A stretch of DNA of 64,000 bases from Chloroflexota bacterium (lineage in GTDB: Bacteria > Chloroflexota > JAJPGV01). The notes under the pieces were generated by a model, which was given only the letters and a program-made list of their open reading frames with translations, ran no database searches and was not told where the DNA came from. Positions within the stretch are counted from its first letter, which is position 1. The number at the start of each line of letters is the position of its first letter. The DNA lies in assembly GCA_021325635.1 (NCBI GenBank), contig JAJPGV010000056.1, positions 67,037 to 131,036 of the forward strand, in the 5' to 3' direction. The position numbers were made by a program, and so were the translations under genes. Below are positions 1-10,307 of the stretch, piece after piece.

Positions 1-1512
1 GCCGGTCACGCCCTCGGCAGTGCCGGCGACCTTGAAATCCATGTCACCCAGCGCGTCCTCGACGCCCTGGATGTCGGTGAGGATGGCGTACTTGCCGCCT
101 TCGCCGGTGATCAGCCCCATGGCCACGCCGGCCACCGGGGCCTTGATTGGCACGCCGGCATCCATCAGGGCGAGTGTGCTGCCGCACACCGATCCCATGG
201 ACGTCGAGCCATTCGACGACAACACCTCGCTGACGATGCGAATGGTGTAAGGGAACTCCTCTTCCGCCGGGAGGATTGGCAGAACGGAGCGCTCCACCAG
301 CGCGCCGTGCCCGACTTCGCGCCGGCCGGGGGCGCCCAGGCGCCTGACCTCGCCGGTGCTGAAGGGCGGGAAGTTGTACTGGTGCATGAAGCGCTTGTAC
401 TCTTCCGGGCTGATGTCGTCGATCATCTGGCGGTCGCCGGGGGCGCCGAGCGTCAGCACGCTCAGCACCTGCGTCTGGCCGCGGGTGAAGAGTCCGGTAC
501 CGTGGGTGCGCGGCAGGACGCCGGCATCACAGGTGATGGGCCGGATCTCCGTCAGGTTGCGGCCGTCGACGCGCAGCTGGCGCTCGAGGATGGCGGTACG
601 CACGACGCTCTTCTCGGTCTCGCTGAGGACCGAGTCCAGCTCCTTGGGGGTGAGCTCGCCGGCCTCGATGCGCGGTGCAAACGTCTCCCGCAGCTGCTTG
701 CCGACTTCTGCCGTAGCGCCTTCGCGACTGGCCTTGTCGGCGTTGAACATGGCCTCCTCGAGCCGGGGCGCCAGCCAGCCGCGGATCTCCTGGCGCAGCG
801 CTTCGTTGACGGCAGGGGGAACGAATTCCTTCTTGGGCTTGCCGGCTACCCTGATCAGCTCTTGCTGTGCGTCGATCGACGCCCGCAGCGATTCATGGCC
901 GAACTGAACGGCCCGCAGCATGGTCTCTTCCGGCAGCTCGTGGGCATCGGCCTCGACCATCATGACGGCATCGGTGGTGCCGGCAATAGCCAGGTCGAGC
1001 TTGCTCTCCTTGAGCTGCTCGAAGGTGGGGTTGACGACGAACTCGCCGTTGATGTAGCCCACGCGAACAGCGCCGATGGGGCCCAGGAAGGGGATATCGG
1101 ATAGCCCAAGCGCGGCCGAGGCGCCGTTGATGGCCAGGATGTCGGGATCGTTCTCCTGGTCCGCGGACAGAACGGTGACGATGATTTGGACCTCGTTCTT
1201 GTAGCCCTTGGGGAACAGCGGCCGGATCGGCCGGTCCGTGAGCCGGCAGGTGAGGATGGCCGCCTGGGAGGCGCGGCCTTCTCGCTTGATAAAACCGCCG
1301 GGGATCTTCCCGGCGGCGTACATCCGTTCCTCGTAATCGACGGTGAGAGGGAAGAAATCGATGCCCTCTCGAGGGTTACTGCCGACGGCGGTGGCTAGCA
1401 CCATGGTGTCGCCGTAGCGTACGGTCACCGCTCCGTGGGCAAGTCCGGCCACGCGGCCGGTTTCGAATTCCATATCGTGAGCGCCAAGCCTGGCGGCGAC
1501 GCGATGAATCAT
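1..1512 (-). CDS. pnp: Polynucleotide phosphorylase (PNPase), N-terminal part; the gene runs off the window start
   Basis: Minus-strand reading from ATG at 1512-1510 gives [43 protein letters not shown]...[27 protein letters not shown], the characteristic PNPase N-terminus; AGGAG-like RBS upstream; rpsO lies immediately upstream as in the conserved rpsO-pnp operon. Not in the ORF track because no stop falls inside the window. Confidence 0.9.
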   Translation of the reverse strand, partial: MIHRVAARLGAHDMEFETGRVAGLAHGAVTVRYGDTMVLATAVGSNPREGIDFFPLTVDYEERMYAAGKIPGGFIKREGRASQAAILTCRLTDRPIRPLFPKGYKNEVQIIVTVLSADQENDPDILAINGASAALGLSDIPFLGPIGAVRVGYINGEFVVNPTFEQLKESKLDLAIAGTTDAVMMVEADAHELPEETMLRAVQFGHESLRASIDAQQELIRVAGKPKKEFVPPAVNEALRQEIRGWLAPRLEEAMFNADKASREGATAEVGKQLRETFAPRIEAGELTPKELDSVLSETEKSVVRTAILERQLRVDGRNLTEIRPITCDAGVLPRTHGTGLFTRGQTQVLSVLTLGAPGDRQMIDDISPEEYKRFMHQYNFPPFSTGEVRRLGAPGRREVGHGALVERSVLPILPAEEEFPYTIRIVSEVLSSNGSTSMGSVCGSTLALMDAGVPIKAPVAGVAMGLITGEGGKYAILTDIQGVEDALGDMDFKVAGTAEGVTG

Positions 1513-1663
1513 GTTCTCTTGTTCTCCTTGCAGTCGAGCAGCCGATCAGGAGCCGTCAACTGCCGATCGCACGGCAGGGAACAGCTCGCGGCTGGACGCG
1601 AAACCTGTGGTTGGATTGACAATGTATGAGGGATGGGCGAACGACGCGTTTAGCGTCCGGCAG

Positions 1664-1927
1664 CTACTTCCGCAGTCCCAGACTCGCTATCAGCTGCTGA
1701 TAGCGCCCGACATCCTTCCGGCTGAGATAGGCGAGCAAGCGCCGCCTGCGGCCGACCATCTTCAGCAGTCCACGGCGCGAGTGGTGGTCGTGGATATTGG
1801 TCTTCAGATGCTCGTTGAGGTGATTGATGCGCGCCGTGAGGACCGCAACCTGAACTTCCGAGGAGCCGGTATCCCGTTCGTGAGTGCGGTATTTCTGCAC
1901 AATCTCCGGCTTAGCTACTGCGGGCAA
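1664..1927 (-). CDS. rpsO: 30S ribosomal protein S15
   Basis: 87 aa, [42 protein letters not shown]...[29 protein letters not shown] matches the S15 family; position upstream of pnp. Confidence 0.92.
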   Translation of the reverse strand: MPAVAKPEIVQKYRTHERDTGSSEVQVAVLTARINHLNEHLKTNIHDHHSRRGLLKMVGRRRRLLAYLSRKDVGRYQQLIASLGLRK

Positions 1928-2035
1928 ATCCTCTCCTTACTTCTTCTCTCTGCACACGTTTCTTTTACAACGGCGAACTATAACAAAGGCGGAAGTCCAG
2001 CAAGGAGGCGAAGCAATCGAGTGGCGCCCGGCTGC

Positions 2036-2950
2036 TCAGGCGACGAAATGGGTTCCGACGGGCTGGGCGAAAAGCAGCGAGTAGTCATCCGCCGCAATGG
2101 CTCGATCTCGCAACCCTTCGAAAAGATCGGTCTCGCGGCCGGAGGTGGAGACCAGGCTGCGGGCCAGGACGAAGCACTCCTCGCTGTAGGCGGCCATGAT
2201 GTCGTCGGGCATCGTCTCCCAGCGGCTGCCCGTCAGCTGGCTGCGGTGCGACAGCAGCGCCTTGCGCTTGATGGCCAGGTAAGGCGCAACGTCGATGCGC
2301 GTGGTGATCTCGCTGTCGGGCACCCCGAAGGTCTTGGGATCGCGGTTGCCGAAGGGCGGCTCGAGACCCGCCGCCAAGGACATGTCGTGGACGCGGAGGT
2401 GCGTTTCGCGAGAGTGGGCGGTGTGGTACAGCTTGCTGGGCTGCCAGGGCTCCTCGCCGTCGTCCCAGGCAAACTCGGGATCGGCCGCCAGCTCGAAGGC
2501 CGCGTGGGTGATGCGGTGGCACATGATGTGGTCGGGGTGGCCGTAGCCGCCGTTCTCGTTGTACGTGACCAGCACCTGCGGCTTGAGCTTGCGGATGTTC
2601 AACACCAATCGCCGGCAGGCTTCCTCGGGATCGGCGTTGCAGAAGGCCTGGGTATGGGCGTTGGCGCCGGTACCCGCCATGCCGGAATCGCGATAGCCGA
2701 GGAAGTTGACGAAATTCACCTTGAGCACGGTGGTTGCCAGCTTGAGCTCGCGCTGGCGGACGGTGGCCAGGGTCTCCCACGGCTGGATGACGAGGCGCGG
2801 ATCGCGGATCTCGCCCTCCTCGCCCTTGGTTGCGCAGATGACCGAAGTGAGCGCACCTTCACTAGCGTATTTGGCCAGTGTGCCGCCGGTGCTGCTCGAC
2901 TCGTCGTCGGGATGGGCGTGCACGCACATGAGCGAGAGGATTTCCGGCAA
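2036..2950 (-). CDS. PIG-L/LmbE family N-acetylglucosaminyl deacetylase (MshB/BshB-like)
   Basis: 304 aa; N-terminal VHAHPDDE motif and HPDH motif typical of the LmbE/PIG-L metal-dependent deacetylase family. Confidence 0.75.
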   Translation of the reverse strand: MPEILSLMCVHAHPDDESSSTGGTLAKYASEGALTSVICATKGEEGEIRDPRLVIQPWETLATVRQRELKLATTVLKVNFVNFLGYRDSGMAGTGANAHTQAFCNADPEEACRRLVLNIRKLKPQVLVTYNENGGYGHPDHIMCHRITHAAFELAADPEFAWDDGEEPWQPSKLYHTAHSRETHLRVHDMSLAAGLEPPFGNRDPKTFGVPDSEITTRIDVAPYLAIKRKALLSHRSQLTGSRWETMPDDIMAAYSEECFVLARSLVSTSGRETDLFEGLRDRAIAADDYSLLFAQPVGTHFVA

Positions 2951-3299
2951 CGGGCAATTCCCCCGAAACAGAGCTGGGATCGGCGAACAGGCCGCCCGCC
3001 GACGGAATTATAGAGAGGAGATCTGTGCTTTCCGCCTGCTGGGCCGGACGCTCAATCGAGGATGATGCCCAGCCGTTCCCGCAGCAGCGCGGGGGTCAGA
3101 ATCGAATCGGTGATCGAGTTGGCCAGCTCCAGGAGCGGGAAGCTCTCGGCTTCGGGATCGGGCGCGGCTTGCACCAGGTCACGCAGGAAGCTGAGCTTGA
3201 GCATCTGCACGTCGAGGCTCTGTGCCATCCAATCCAGCGTAGGCCCGTTCTGCTTCGGCCCGTATCCGGGCTATTCCCGATATCCCTCCGGAAATGCCC

Positions 3300-3935
3300 C
3301 TAATGGACGGTTTGCGCGGCGGCGATGGCCTGGCTCAGCTCGCGGCAGGCGGCTTCCACGTCCGGTGCGCCGACGGCGGCGCTGATGACGCAGGCGCTGA
3401 CCGCTCCGGCCTGGATGACTGAAACAACGCTATCGAGGTCGATGCCGCCAATAGCCGCGATCGGCAGCTCGACGGCTGCACGGATGTTCCGGATAGCCTC
3501 CACGCCGACGACCACGGCGCCTTCCTTGGTGGTCGTGGGGAAGATGCTGCCGACCGCCAGGTAGTCCACGCCCATGCGGCTCGCCTGCCGGGCCAGCTCG
3601 ATCGATCCTTTGACCGACCAGCCAATCACCGCCTGTTCGCCCAGCAGTCCCCGGGCTTCGAACGGCGGCATGTCGGATGGCCCCAGATGCACGCCATCGG
3701 CGCCCGCCTCGGCGGCCAGGTACGGATCGTCATTGACGATGAACAGGGCGCCGGCTTCGCGGCACAGGGCCGAGAGCCGCCGGGCTGCCGCCAGCAGGTC
3801 GGCTCGTGGGCAGCGTTTGTCCCTCAGCTGGATCGTCGTCGCCCCGCCGCGCAACGCAGCCTCCACGACCTGGTCGTGGCTTCGGCCTTGCGAGAGCGCG
3901 CTGTCGGTGATGACGTAGAGGCCGCGGGGCAGCAC
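3300..3935 (-). CDS. thiE: Thiamine-phosphate synthase
   Basis: C-terminal 210 aa (GLYVITDS...IQLRDK...FIVNDD...GADGVHLGPSDM...AVGSIFPTTTK) match ThiE. The track ORF extends to 4268, but the N-terminal 110 aa look non-protein-like and overlap the coxB promoter region; GTG at 3935 (V112) chosen as start. Confidence 0.75.
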   Translation of the reverse strand: MLPRGLYVITDSALSQGRSHDQVVEAALRGGATTIQLRDKRCPRADLLAAARRLSALCREAGALFIVNDDPYLAAEAGADGVHLGPSDMPPFEARGLLGEQAVIGWSVKGSIELARQASRMGVDYLAVGSIFPTTTKEGAVVVGVEAIRNIRAAVELPIAAIGGIDLDSVVSVIQAGAVSACVISAAVGAPDVEAACRELSQAIAAAQTVH

Positions 3936-4068
3936 CCGGCGAGAATAGCAGCCTGTCCCAGGCCTCCCGTTTACGGAGTCGTGGTAGATTGGGCCCAGCA
4001 ACCGGTCGCAGATACGGTTTGCGGCCGGCGCGCACGGTGCCCGAACAACAGCTCGGGAAAGAGGGTCG

Positions 4069-5061
4069 ATGCGGCGCAGACGTCTGGCGGGTTTCGCGGC
4101 GGCTCTGGTAGTTCTTGCCTGCTGGCCGGCAGCAGCGCTGGCCGCCCCCTTCTGGCCGGTGAGCGGACAAACGCTGCAAGCGCGCTCGATCAGCTGGCTG
4201 TTCTGGTTGGTCATGGCTATCGCCGGGCTGTTCCTACTGGTGGTGCTGGGCACGCTTCTGTATGTCATCGTGGCTTTCCGCGGCCGCGAAGGGCAGCCCG
4301 ATCCGCGGCCGGTCTATGGCCATCTGCGGCTGGAAATGTGGTGGGCCGGCATCCCGTTTGCCATCCTGGTGGCAGTTTTCATCTTCACCGTCCGTGAGGT
4401 CGGCGTCGAAACGGCTATTGCCCCCGACGCGCTGCCCATCACCTTGATCGGGCATCAGTGGTGGTGGGAATTCCAGTACCCCGGCGCGGTCAGCGCCAAC
4501 GAGCTGCACGTCCCGGTTGGCCGGCAGGTGAGGCTGCAGCTTCTGTCGGCCGACGTGGTCCACAACTTCTGGGTGCCCGAGCTGGCGGGCAAGGAGCAGA
4601 TGGTCCCGGGCCAGACCAACCTGTGGACGTTCACGCCCGAGCAGCCCGGCCGCTACGACGGCGCCTGTGCCGAGTACTGCGGCACTCAGCACGGCTGGAT
4701 GCGGCTGACCGTGTTCGCCGATGCGCCTGCCGATTTCGATCGCTGGCTGGCCGGCCAGGGACAGCCTGTGTCCCAACAGGTCCTGAGCCAGCATCAGGAT
4801 GCGCTGCGGCTGTACACGGCCAACGCCTGCGGCGCCTGCCACGCCATTAGCGGTGTGTCAAACGGCAAGGCCGCGCCCGATCTCACGCACCTCGGCAGCC
4901 GCTCCACCATAGGAGCGGGTGTCCTGCAGAACACGCCCGACAACCTGGCCGCCTGGATTCAGGATGCCCAGCAGTTCAAGCCGGGAAGCTACATGCCCAA
5001 GTTCCGGCTGAGCGACGCCGACGCAAGGCAGCTCGCGGCCTTCCTGGAGGACTTGCGATGA
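4069..5061 (+). CDS. coxB: Cytochrome c oxidase subunit II with fused C-terminal cytochrome c domain (caa3-type)
   Basis: 330 aa; signal/TM N-terminus, CuA site (H..CAEYCG..H..M) and a C-terminal CGACH heme-c motif. Confidence 0.9.
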   Translation: MRRRRLAGFAAALVVLACWPAAALAAPFWPVSGQTLQARSISWLFWLVMAIAGLFLLVVLGTLLYVIVAFRGREGQPDPRPVYGHLRLEMWWAGIPFAILVAVFIFTVREVGVETAIAPDALPITLIGHQWWWEFQYPGAVSANELHVPVGRQVRLQLLSADVVHNFWVPELAGKEQMVPGQTNLWTFTPEQPGRYDGACAEYCGTQHGWMRLTVFADAPADFDRWLAGQGQPVSQQVLSQHQDALRLYTANACGACHAISGVSNGKAAPDLTHLGSRSTIGAGVLQNTPDNLAAWIQDAQQFKPGSYMPKFRLSDADARQLAAFLEDLR

Positions 5062-5149
5062 GGGGTGAGAGGACAGGGGATAGGGGGCAGGAGAGGCGGG
5101 CTGCCGTCGATCGCTTGGCGTTCGGAGGCTCGTACGGGCAGGGTCAGGC

Positions 5150-6814
5150 ATGGCCTCGGTAGCGCGGCCACTGCCGGGCTACGCCGGCGTGGGCGTGGGA
5201 CCGCCGGGCGCCGGGCTGCTCACGTGGGTGAGCACGGTCGATCACAAGCGCATCGGGATCATGTACGTCGCCACGGGCCTGGTGTTCTTTGCCGTGGGGG
5301 GCATTGAATCGCTGCTGATGCGATCCCAGCTGGCCCAGCCGGACGCACAGGTGCTGAGCCCGCAGGTGTACAACCAGGTGTTCACCCTGCATGGGGTGAC
5401 GATGATCTTCTTCGCGGTCATGCCCCTGCTGTTCGGGCTGGCTAACTACCTGCTGCCGCTGATGATCGGGGCGCGGGACGTGGCCTTCCCGCGGCTCAAC
5501 GCCTTCAGCTACTGGATCCTGGCGGCCTCCGGCCTCTTCCTCTATTACAGCCTCCTGTCGGGGGGCGCGCCGGACGTCGGCTGGTATGCCTACGCGCCGC
5601 TGACCGAGCACCCCTTCTCCCCTACCAACGCGGTCGATTTCTATGCCCTGGCGCTGATCCTCAGCGGCGCGGGAACGGTCGCTACCTCGATCAACTTCGT
5701 CGTGACCGTGGTCCATCACCGCGCGCCCGGCATGAGCTACAACCGGCTGCCGGTGTTCGTGTGGATGATGCTGGTAACGTCGGCGCTGTCGCTGCTGGCT
5801 CTGCCCACGCTCACGGCCAGCCTGATCATGCTGCTGGTGGACCGGCTGCTGAGCGGCCACTTCTACGATCCGCTGGGCGGCGGCTTGCCGATTATGTGGC
5901 AGCATCTGTTCTGGATCTTTGGGCATCCCGAGGTCTACATCCTGGCGCTGCCGGCCTTCGGCTTCATCTCCGAGATCGTTCCGGTGTTCTCGCGCAAGCC
6001 GATCTTCGGCTACAGCTTCGTGGTCGCGTCCGGCATCGCCATAGGCTTCCTCAGCTTTGGCGTGTGGGCCCACCATATGTTTGCCTCGGGCATGCCCATC
6101 ATCGCCGATATGGCCTTCTCAGCCTCGACTATGGCCATCGCCATCCCAACGGGAGTCAAGATCTTCACCTGGCTGGCCACCGCCTATGGCGGCGCCATCC
6201 GCTTTCGGACGCCGATGCTGTTCGCCCTGGGCTTCATCGCCATGTTCTTGATCGGCGGCTTGAGTGGGGTGACGCTTGCCGTGGTGCCAATCGACTGGCA
6301 GGTGAACGGCAGCTACTACCTGGTGGCCCACCTGCATTACGTCGCCGTGGGCGGTGTGGCCTTTGCCATCTTCGCCGCCTGGTACTACTGGTTCCCCAAG
6401 ATGAGCGGCCGAATGATGTCGGAGCGGTGGGGCAAGGCACATTTCTGGCTGTTCCTGATTGGTTTCAACCTCACCTTCTTGCCTATGCACCTGCTGGGCA
6501 TCGAGGGCATGCCCCGCCGGGTGTATACCTACCCGGCGTTTGAGGGCTGGGGCGACCTGAACCTGCTGATCACGATTGGGGCGTTCATCATGGGCCTTGC
6601 CGTTGTCGTGTTCGTCGGCAACGTGCTGTGGTCGCTGCGCTTCGGCCGGCCAGCCGGTGACAACCCGTGGGAGGCCTGGACGCTGGAGTGGGCGACGTCA
6701 TCTCCTCCGCCGTCTTATAACTTCGCCTCTATCCCGACCGTGACCAGCCGGCGTCCCCTGTGGGACGTGGCCCATCCGGAAGCTCCCGACTGGGAGCATG
6801 AGCGGGAGCTGTGA
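5150..6814 (+). CDS. coxA: Cytochrome c oxidase subunit I
   Basis: 554 aa; TVDHKRIGIMY...GHPEVYILALPAFG...WAHHMF...HYVAVGG motifs of heme-copper oxidase subunit I. Confidence 0.95.
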   Translation: MASVARPLPGYAGVGVGPPGAGLLTWVSTVDHKRIGIMYVATGLVFFAVGGIESLLMRSQLAQPDAQVLSPQVYNQVFTLHGVTMIFFAVMPLLFGLANYLLPLMIGARDVAFPRLNAFSYWILAASGLFLYYSLLSGGAPDVGWYAYAPLTEHPFSPTNAVDFYALALILSGAGTVATSINFVVTVVHHRAPGMSYNRLPVFVWMMLVTSALSLLALPTLTASLIMLLVDRLLSGHFYDPLGGGLPIMWQHLFWIFGHPEVYILALPAFGFISEIVPVFSRKPIFGYSFVVASGIAIGFLSFGVWAHHMFASGMPIIADMAFSASTMAIAIPTGVKIFTWLATAYGGAIRFRTPMLFALGFIAMFLIGGLSGVTLAVVPIDWQVNGSYYLVAHLHYVAVGGVAFAIFAAWYYWFPKMSGRMMSERWGKAHFWLFLIGFNLTFLPMHLLGIEGMPRRVYTYPAFEGWGDLNLLITIGAFIMGLAVVVFVGNVLWSLRFGRPAGDNPWEAWTLEWATSSPPPSYNFASIPTVTSRRPLWDVAHPEAPDWEHEREL

Positions 6815-7419
6815 CGGTGGCATCGTACGCGGCCGCACCGAGCTCGGCCGGGACACACGCGATTGGCCCGCGCCGGCTGGGGGTGCTGCTGTTCGTGGCC
6901 TCGGAGTCGATGGTGTTCCTGTCGGTCATCAGCCTGTACTCGGTCGGGCAGGGCAGGGTCGACCATCCGAACCCGCAGGAGACGCTGAGCGCCGCGCGCA
7001 TGATCCCGTTTTCCGTTGCCCTGTGGCTCAGCAGCGGCACCATTGCCCTGTGCGCGCGACGGTTGGCGCGCGGCCGGTACGGCGGCATGCGGCTGTGGCT
7101 GCTGGCGACGGTGATCCTTGGCGCCGTGTTCCTGGGCGGCGAGCTGAGCGAGTGGCTGGAGCTGTTCGGCGAGCGGGTCACTGCCGCCAGCAACGTGTGG
7201 GCTACGACCTTCTTCACCCTCACCGGGATTCACGGCCTGCACGTCATCATCGGCCTGCTGATGATGCTGGCGCTGCTCGGCGTCTCCCTGCGCCGGCCGC
7301 TGGCTCACGGTGGCGAATCCGGCCTCGAGCTGATCAGCATCTACTGGCACTTCGTGGACGGCATGTGGGTGCTGATCTACGGCGTGGTCTATTTCTGGTC
7401 GGCGTTCATGGCTCGATGA
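6811..7419 (+). CDS. coxC: Cytochrome c oxidase subunit III
   Basis: 202 aa polytopic membrane protein, start (GTG) overlapping the coxA stop by 4 nt; subunit III-like helices (FFTLTGIHGLHVIIGL, YWHFVDGMWVLIY). Confidence 0.85.
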   Translation: MTVASYAAAPSSAGTHAIGPRRLGVLLFVASESMVFLSVISLYSVGQGRVDHPNPQETLSAARMIPFSVALWLSSGTIALCARRLARGRYGGMRLWLLATVILGAVFLGGELSEWLELFGERVTAASNVWATTFFTLTGIHGLHVIIGLLMMLALLGVSLRRPLAHGGESGLELISIYWHFVDGMWVLIYGVVYFWSAFMAR

Positions 7420-7673
7420 GCCAGGCGCCCCAGTCCGCCGGAGCGGCGGTCGATTCCCGGCCCTCCCAGGAAGAGGAGATGCCCCAGCCGACGTACTGGC
7501 CGATGGTGCTGGCGCTCGGTCTGGCGGCCGTTTGCTTTGGCCTGATCACGGTCGGGATCTTCTTTTACGCCGGCTTGTTGACGGTCGTCATCGCGGTCGT
7601 AGGCTGGGTGCGTGAGCTCATGCGAGAGCCCGGGCCCCACGGGCCGGCCGCGGGCGAGCGGGAAGGGCGGTAG
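7416..7673 (+). CDS. Small two-helix membrane protein, candidate cytochrome oxidase subunit IV
   Basis: ATG at 7416 overlaps the coxC stop; 85 aa MSQAPQSAGAAV...PTYWPMVLALGLAAVCFGLITVGIFFYAGLLTVVIAVVGWVRELMREPG with two predicted TM helices; position between coxC and the Rieske gene. Confidence 0.45.
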   Translation: MSQAPQSAGAAVDSRPSQEEEMPQPTYWPMVLALGLAAVCFGLITVGIFFYAGLLTVVIAVVGWVRELMREPGPHGPAAGEREGR

Positions 7674-7677
7674 CGGC

Positions 7678-8220
7678 ATGCCCAAGGATTTCTTCCGTTT
7701 GCATGGATTAGGCGAGCCGCGATCGCGGCGCCGCTTCCTGGCCCAGGTGTCGTTCGGCCTCGGCGGCGTGATGGGCCTGATGCTCGGCGTGCCGCTCATC
7801 GGCTACCTCTTTGGGCCGCTGATCAAGCGCTCTCCCCAGCAGTGGATAGATCTGGGGCCGGTGAGCGACTTCGCGCTCGGCCAGACCAAGCTGGTGAGCT
7901 TCACCGACCCCTCCAGCGTGCCATGGGCCGGGCAAACCTCCCAAACCTCCGTGTGGGTGCGGCAGACCGCGCCGAACGCGTTCGACGTGTTCGCTGTGAA
8001 CTGCACGCACCTGGGCTGTCCGGTGAACTGGCTCGATGGCGCGCGGCTGTTCGAATGTCCCTGCCACGGCGGCATCTACTACTCCGATGGCACGGTGGCC
8101 GCCGGGCCGCCTCCGCGCTCCCTGTTCAAGCACGAGACTCGTATCGTGGACGGCCGGCTGCAGGCCTTCACCATTCCACTGCCCACCTCTCAGCTGAGCG
8201 AATATGTCGGCAACGCCTGA
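7678..8220 (+). CDS. qcrA: Rieske [2Fe-2S] iron-sulfur subunit of a menaquinol/quinol-cytochrome c reductase
   Basis: MPKDFFRLHGLGEPRSRRRFLAQVSFGLGGVMGL (Tat-like RRRF signal) followed by CTHLGC...CPCHG Rieske boxes. The track ORF starts at 7612 but M23 (7678) has the signal peptide. Confidence 0.85.
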   Translation: MPKDFFRLHGLGEPRSRRRFLAQVSFGLGGVMGLMLGVPLIGYLFGPLIKRSPQQWIDLGPVSDFALGQTKLVSFTDPSSVPWAGQTSQTSVWVRQTAPNAFDVFAVNCTHLGCPVNWLDGARLFECPCHGGIYYSDGTVAAGPPPRSLFKHETRIVDGRLQAFTIPLPTSQLSEYVGNA

Positions 8221-9631
8221 GGCGCGCCCCAAGACGCTGTGGCGCCGGCTGGGCGGCTGGTTCGAAGATCGCAGCCACATCTACGAAGGGCTGCTGCCGA
8301 TCGTCCAGCATCCGGTGCCCAAGGGCGTGAACTGGTGGTACGTGTTCGGCAGCGCCACGCTGGCCGCGTTCATCCTGCAGGTGATCACCGGCGTGGCGCT
8401 GGCCATGATCTACGTGCCTGCGCCCTCGGGCGCGTACCAGTCGCTGCAGTTCATCACCAGCTCCGCGCCGCTGGGATCGCTGCTGCGCGGCATGCACTTC
8501 TTCGGCGCCAGCGCCATGGTGATCATGATCACCGCCCACGTGCTGCGCGTCTTCCTGATGGGCTCGTACAAGTTCCCGCGCGAGTTCAACTGGCTCACAG
8601 GGGCCTTCCTGCTGGTGCTCACCGCGGCCATGGCGTTCACTGGCCAGCTGCTGCGCTGGGACCAGGACGCCTATTGGGGCGTGGTGGTGATGGCCGAGCA
8701 GGCCGGCAAGACGCCGGTCATCGGCCAGCTGGTGGCACAGCTGGTCGTGGCCGGCTCCACCGTTGGCGGCGCCACGCTGACGCGCTTCTTTGCCACGCAC
8801 GTGTTCCTGCTGCCGGCGCTCATCTTCGGCTTCGTGCTGGTGCACCTGTGGCTGGTAGTGTTCGACGGCATCTCCGAGCCGCCTAGGCCCGGCGTGCCGG
8901 TCGATCCGGCCACGTACAAGCAGCGCTATCACGAGATCCTGGAGAAGGACGGCGAGCCGTTCTTCCCGGACGCCGCCTGGCGCGATGCCGTGTTCGCGGT
9001 GCTGATGTTCGCGGTGATCATGGTGCTGGCGGCCATCGTCGGCGCGCCTCAGCTGGGCAAGCCGGCCGATCCCACCATCGTCAACGCCGACCCACGGCCG
9101 GATTGGTACTTCCTGTGGTACTTCGCCGTGCTGTCGCTCATCCCGCCGGTGCTGGAGAACTTCGTGATCCTGAGCGTGCCGGTGCTGCTGGGCGTGCTGG
9201 TGATCATGGTGCCGTTCGTATCGAACCGCGGCGAGCGCCATCCCAGCCGGCGGCCGGTGGCCGTGGTCCTGGTAGTCGGAATGCTGCTCGGCCTGACCGT
9301 GCTGACCATCGAAGGCTACCAGGCGCCGTGGTCGCCGGAGATCCAGGCCGTGCAGGATGTGGCTATTCCTCCGCAGATCGAGCAGCGCGCGACCGGCGAC
9401 GCGGCGCAGGGCCTGCAGCTGTTTCGGATCCGAGGCTGCATCACCTGCCACGCCCTGGGCGGTGCCGGCGGCCGCAAGGGGCCTGACCTCACCACCGTTG
9501 GCAGCCGGCTCACCCGCGATCAGATCATCGTGCGCATCTTGAACGGAGGGCCGAACATGCCTGCCTTTGGCGGCAACATCAGCGATCAGGAGCTGCAGCA
9601 GCTCGTGGCCTTCATGGAGACGCTGCGCTAG
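8204..9631 (+). CDS. qcrB: Cytochrome b (b6/subunit-IV fused) with C-terminal mono-heme cytochrome c domain
   Basis: 475 aa; cytochrome b helices with conserved His pairs (MHFFGASAMVIMITAHVLRVF; FATHVFLLPALIFGFVLVHLWLV), PDWYFLWYF motif, and C-terminal CITCH heme-c motif plus Met ligand region. Confidence 0.9.
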   Translation: MSATPEARPKTLWRRLGGWFEDRSHIYEGLLPIVQHPVPKGVNWWYVFGSATLAAFILQVITGVALAMIYVPAPSGAYQSLQFITSSAPLGSLLRGMHFFGASAMVIMITAHVLRVFLMGSYKFPREFNWLTGAFLLVLTAAMAFTGQLLRWDQDAYWGVVVMAEQAGKTPVIGQLVAQLVVAGSTVGGATLTRFFATHVFLLPALIFGFVLVHLWLVVFDGISEPPRPGVPVDPATYKQRYHEILEKDGEPFFPDAAWRDAVFAVLMFAVIMVLAAIVGAPQLGKPADPTIVNADPRPDWYFLWYFAVLSLIPPVLENFVILSVPVLLGVLVIMVPFVSNRGERHPSRRPVAVVLVVGMLLGLTVLTIEGYQAPWSPEIQAVQDVAIPPQIEQRATGDAAQGLQLFRIRGCITCHALGGAGGRKGPDLTTVGSRLTRDQIIVRILNGGPNMPAFGGNISDQELQQLVAFMETLR

Positions 9632-9651
9632 GCAGCGCAAGCCCGGGCAGG

Positions 9652-9936
9652 CTAGGCCAGCAGGTCGACGATGCGGCCGAGCTTGGGCCGCAGCACGGAA
9701 TGGTAGGTCTGGAAGACCAGCCGGGCAATCCAGCTGATCGGTCCCGAGCCCGGGGGGAACCGGGCCAGGATGGCTGCGTCGACGTCCTCTTCGGCCGCGG
9801 AAGAGCTGTCGAGGACTTCGGCTTCGGCAGCTTCGGCCGTCCGCTCGTAGGAGCTCTTGCGACGTTTGAGCTTCTTGTCGTCCGGTGGTGGGAGGAGATA
9901 GGGACTCCCAGGTTGGACCGGGCCAATCATTGCCAT
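9652..9936 (-). CDS. Hypothetical small protein
   Basis: 94-aa ORF directly downstream of, and convergent with, qcrB; GC3-rich codon usage; no recognisable family. Confidence 0.3.
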   Translation of the reverse strand: MAMIGPVQPGSPYLLPPPDDKKLKRRKSSYERTAEAAEAEVLDSSSAAEEDVDAAILARFPPGSGPISWIARLVFQTYHSVLRPKLGRIVDLLA

Positions 9937-10307
9937 GCTGACGGCGTACCTGGGCGGCAGTATAGCAGTGCGCTAGGGAGCCGGCGTCGAGGGTCCTGGC
10001 CTGGAGGCGTACATTACCGTAACTTCCGGTCGCGCAGGCACGTTACCAATGCAGACAATGGGACAACCCTTCACCACCCCAACTGACCGCCGCCCCCGCG
10101 CCGTGTACCTCGACGATGAGATGATCGACTGGTTCCTGCACGATCCAGCGGCGGCGGCGCAGTTCCTCTACCAGAACCGCGTGCAGGTGCTCGAAGACGG
10201 CACGCACGGCACCGGCCCCGTGCGGGTAATGGTGCTGACCCGGGACTCCGTGCCCGGTTTAGGGCTCGCTTGCTAGCGGCTGCATTTGGTATAGTCAGAC
10301 GCTGAAC

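Noticed and set aside
307-1104. Long + strand ORFs (307..1104, 356..907, 1511..3013) antisense to pnp/rpsO/PIG-L
   Set aside because: Antisense to well-supported genes. Open frames are expected by chance at ~70% GC, and their translations are Arg/Ala/Gly-rich and not protein-like.
3936-4068. Possible TPP riboswitch upstream of thiE
   Set aside because: Neither strand contains the conserved CUGAGA / ACCUGAUCUGGAUAAUGCCAGCGUAGGGA-like elements. The region is the divergent thiE/coxB promoter space.
5144-6076. Large antisense ORFs throughout the window (e.g. 5144..6076-, 8168..9640-, 2085..2780-, 40434..41711+, 44696..45850-, 54423..56336+, 45442..46260+, 52264..53169+)
   Set aside because: Each lies opposite a strongly supported gene (cox, qcr, hydrogenase, T4SS), has an Arg/His/Gly/Pro-rich low-complexity translation and no RBS. 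They are typical high-GC artefacts.
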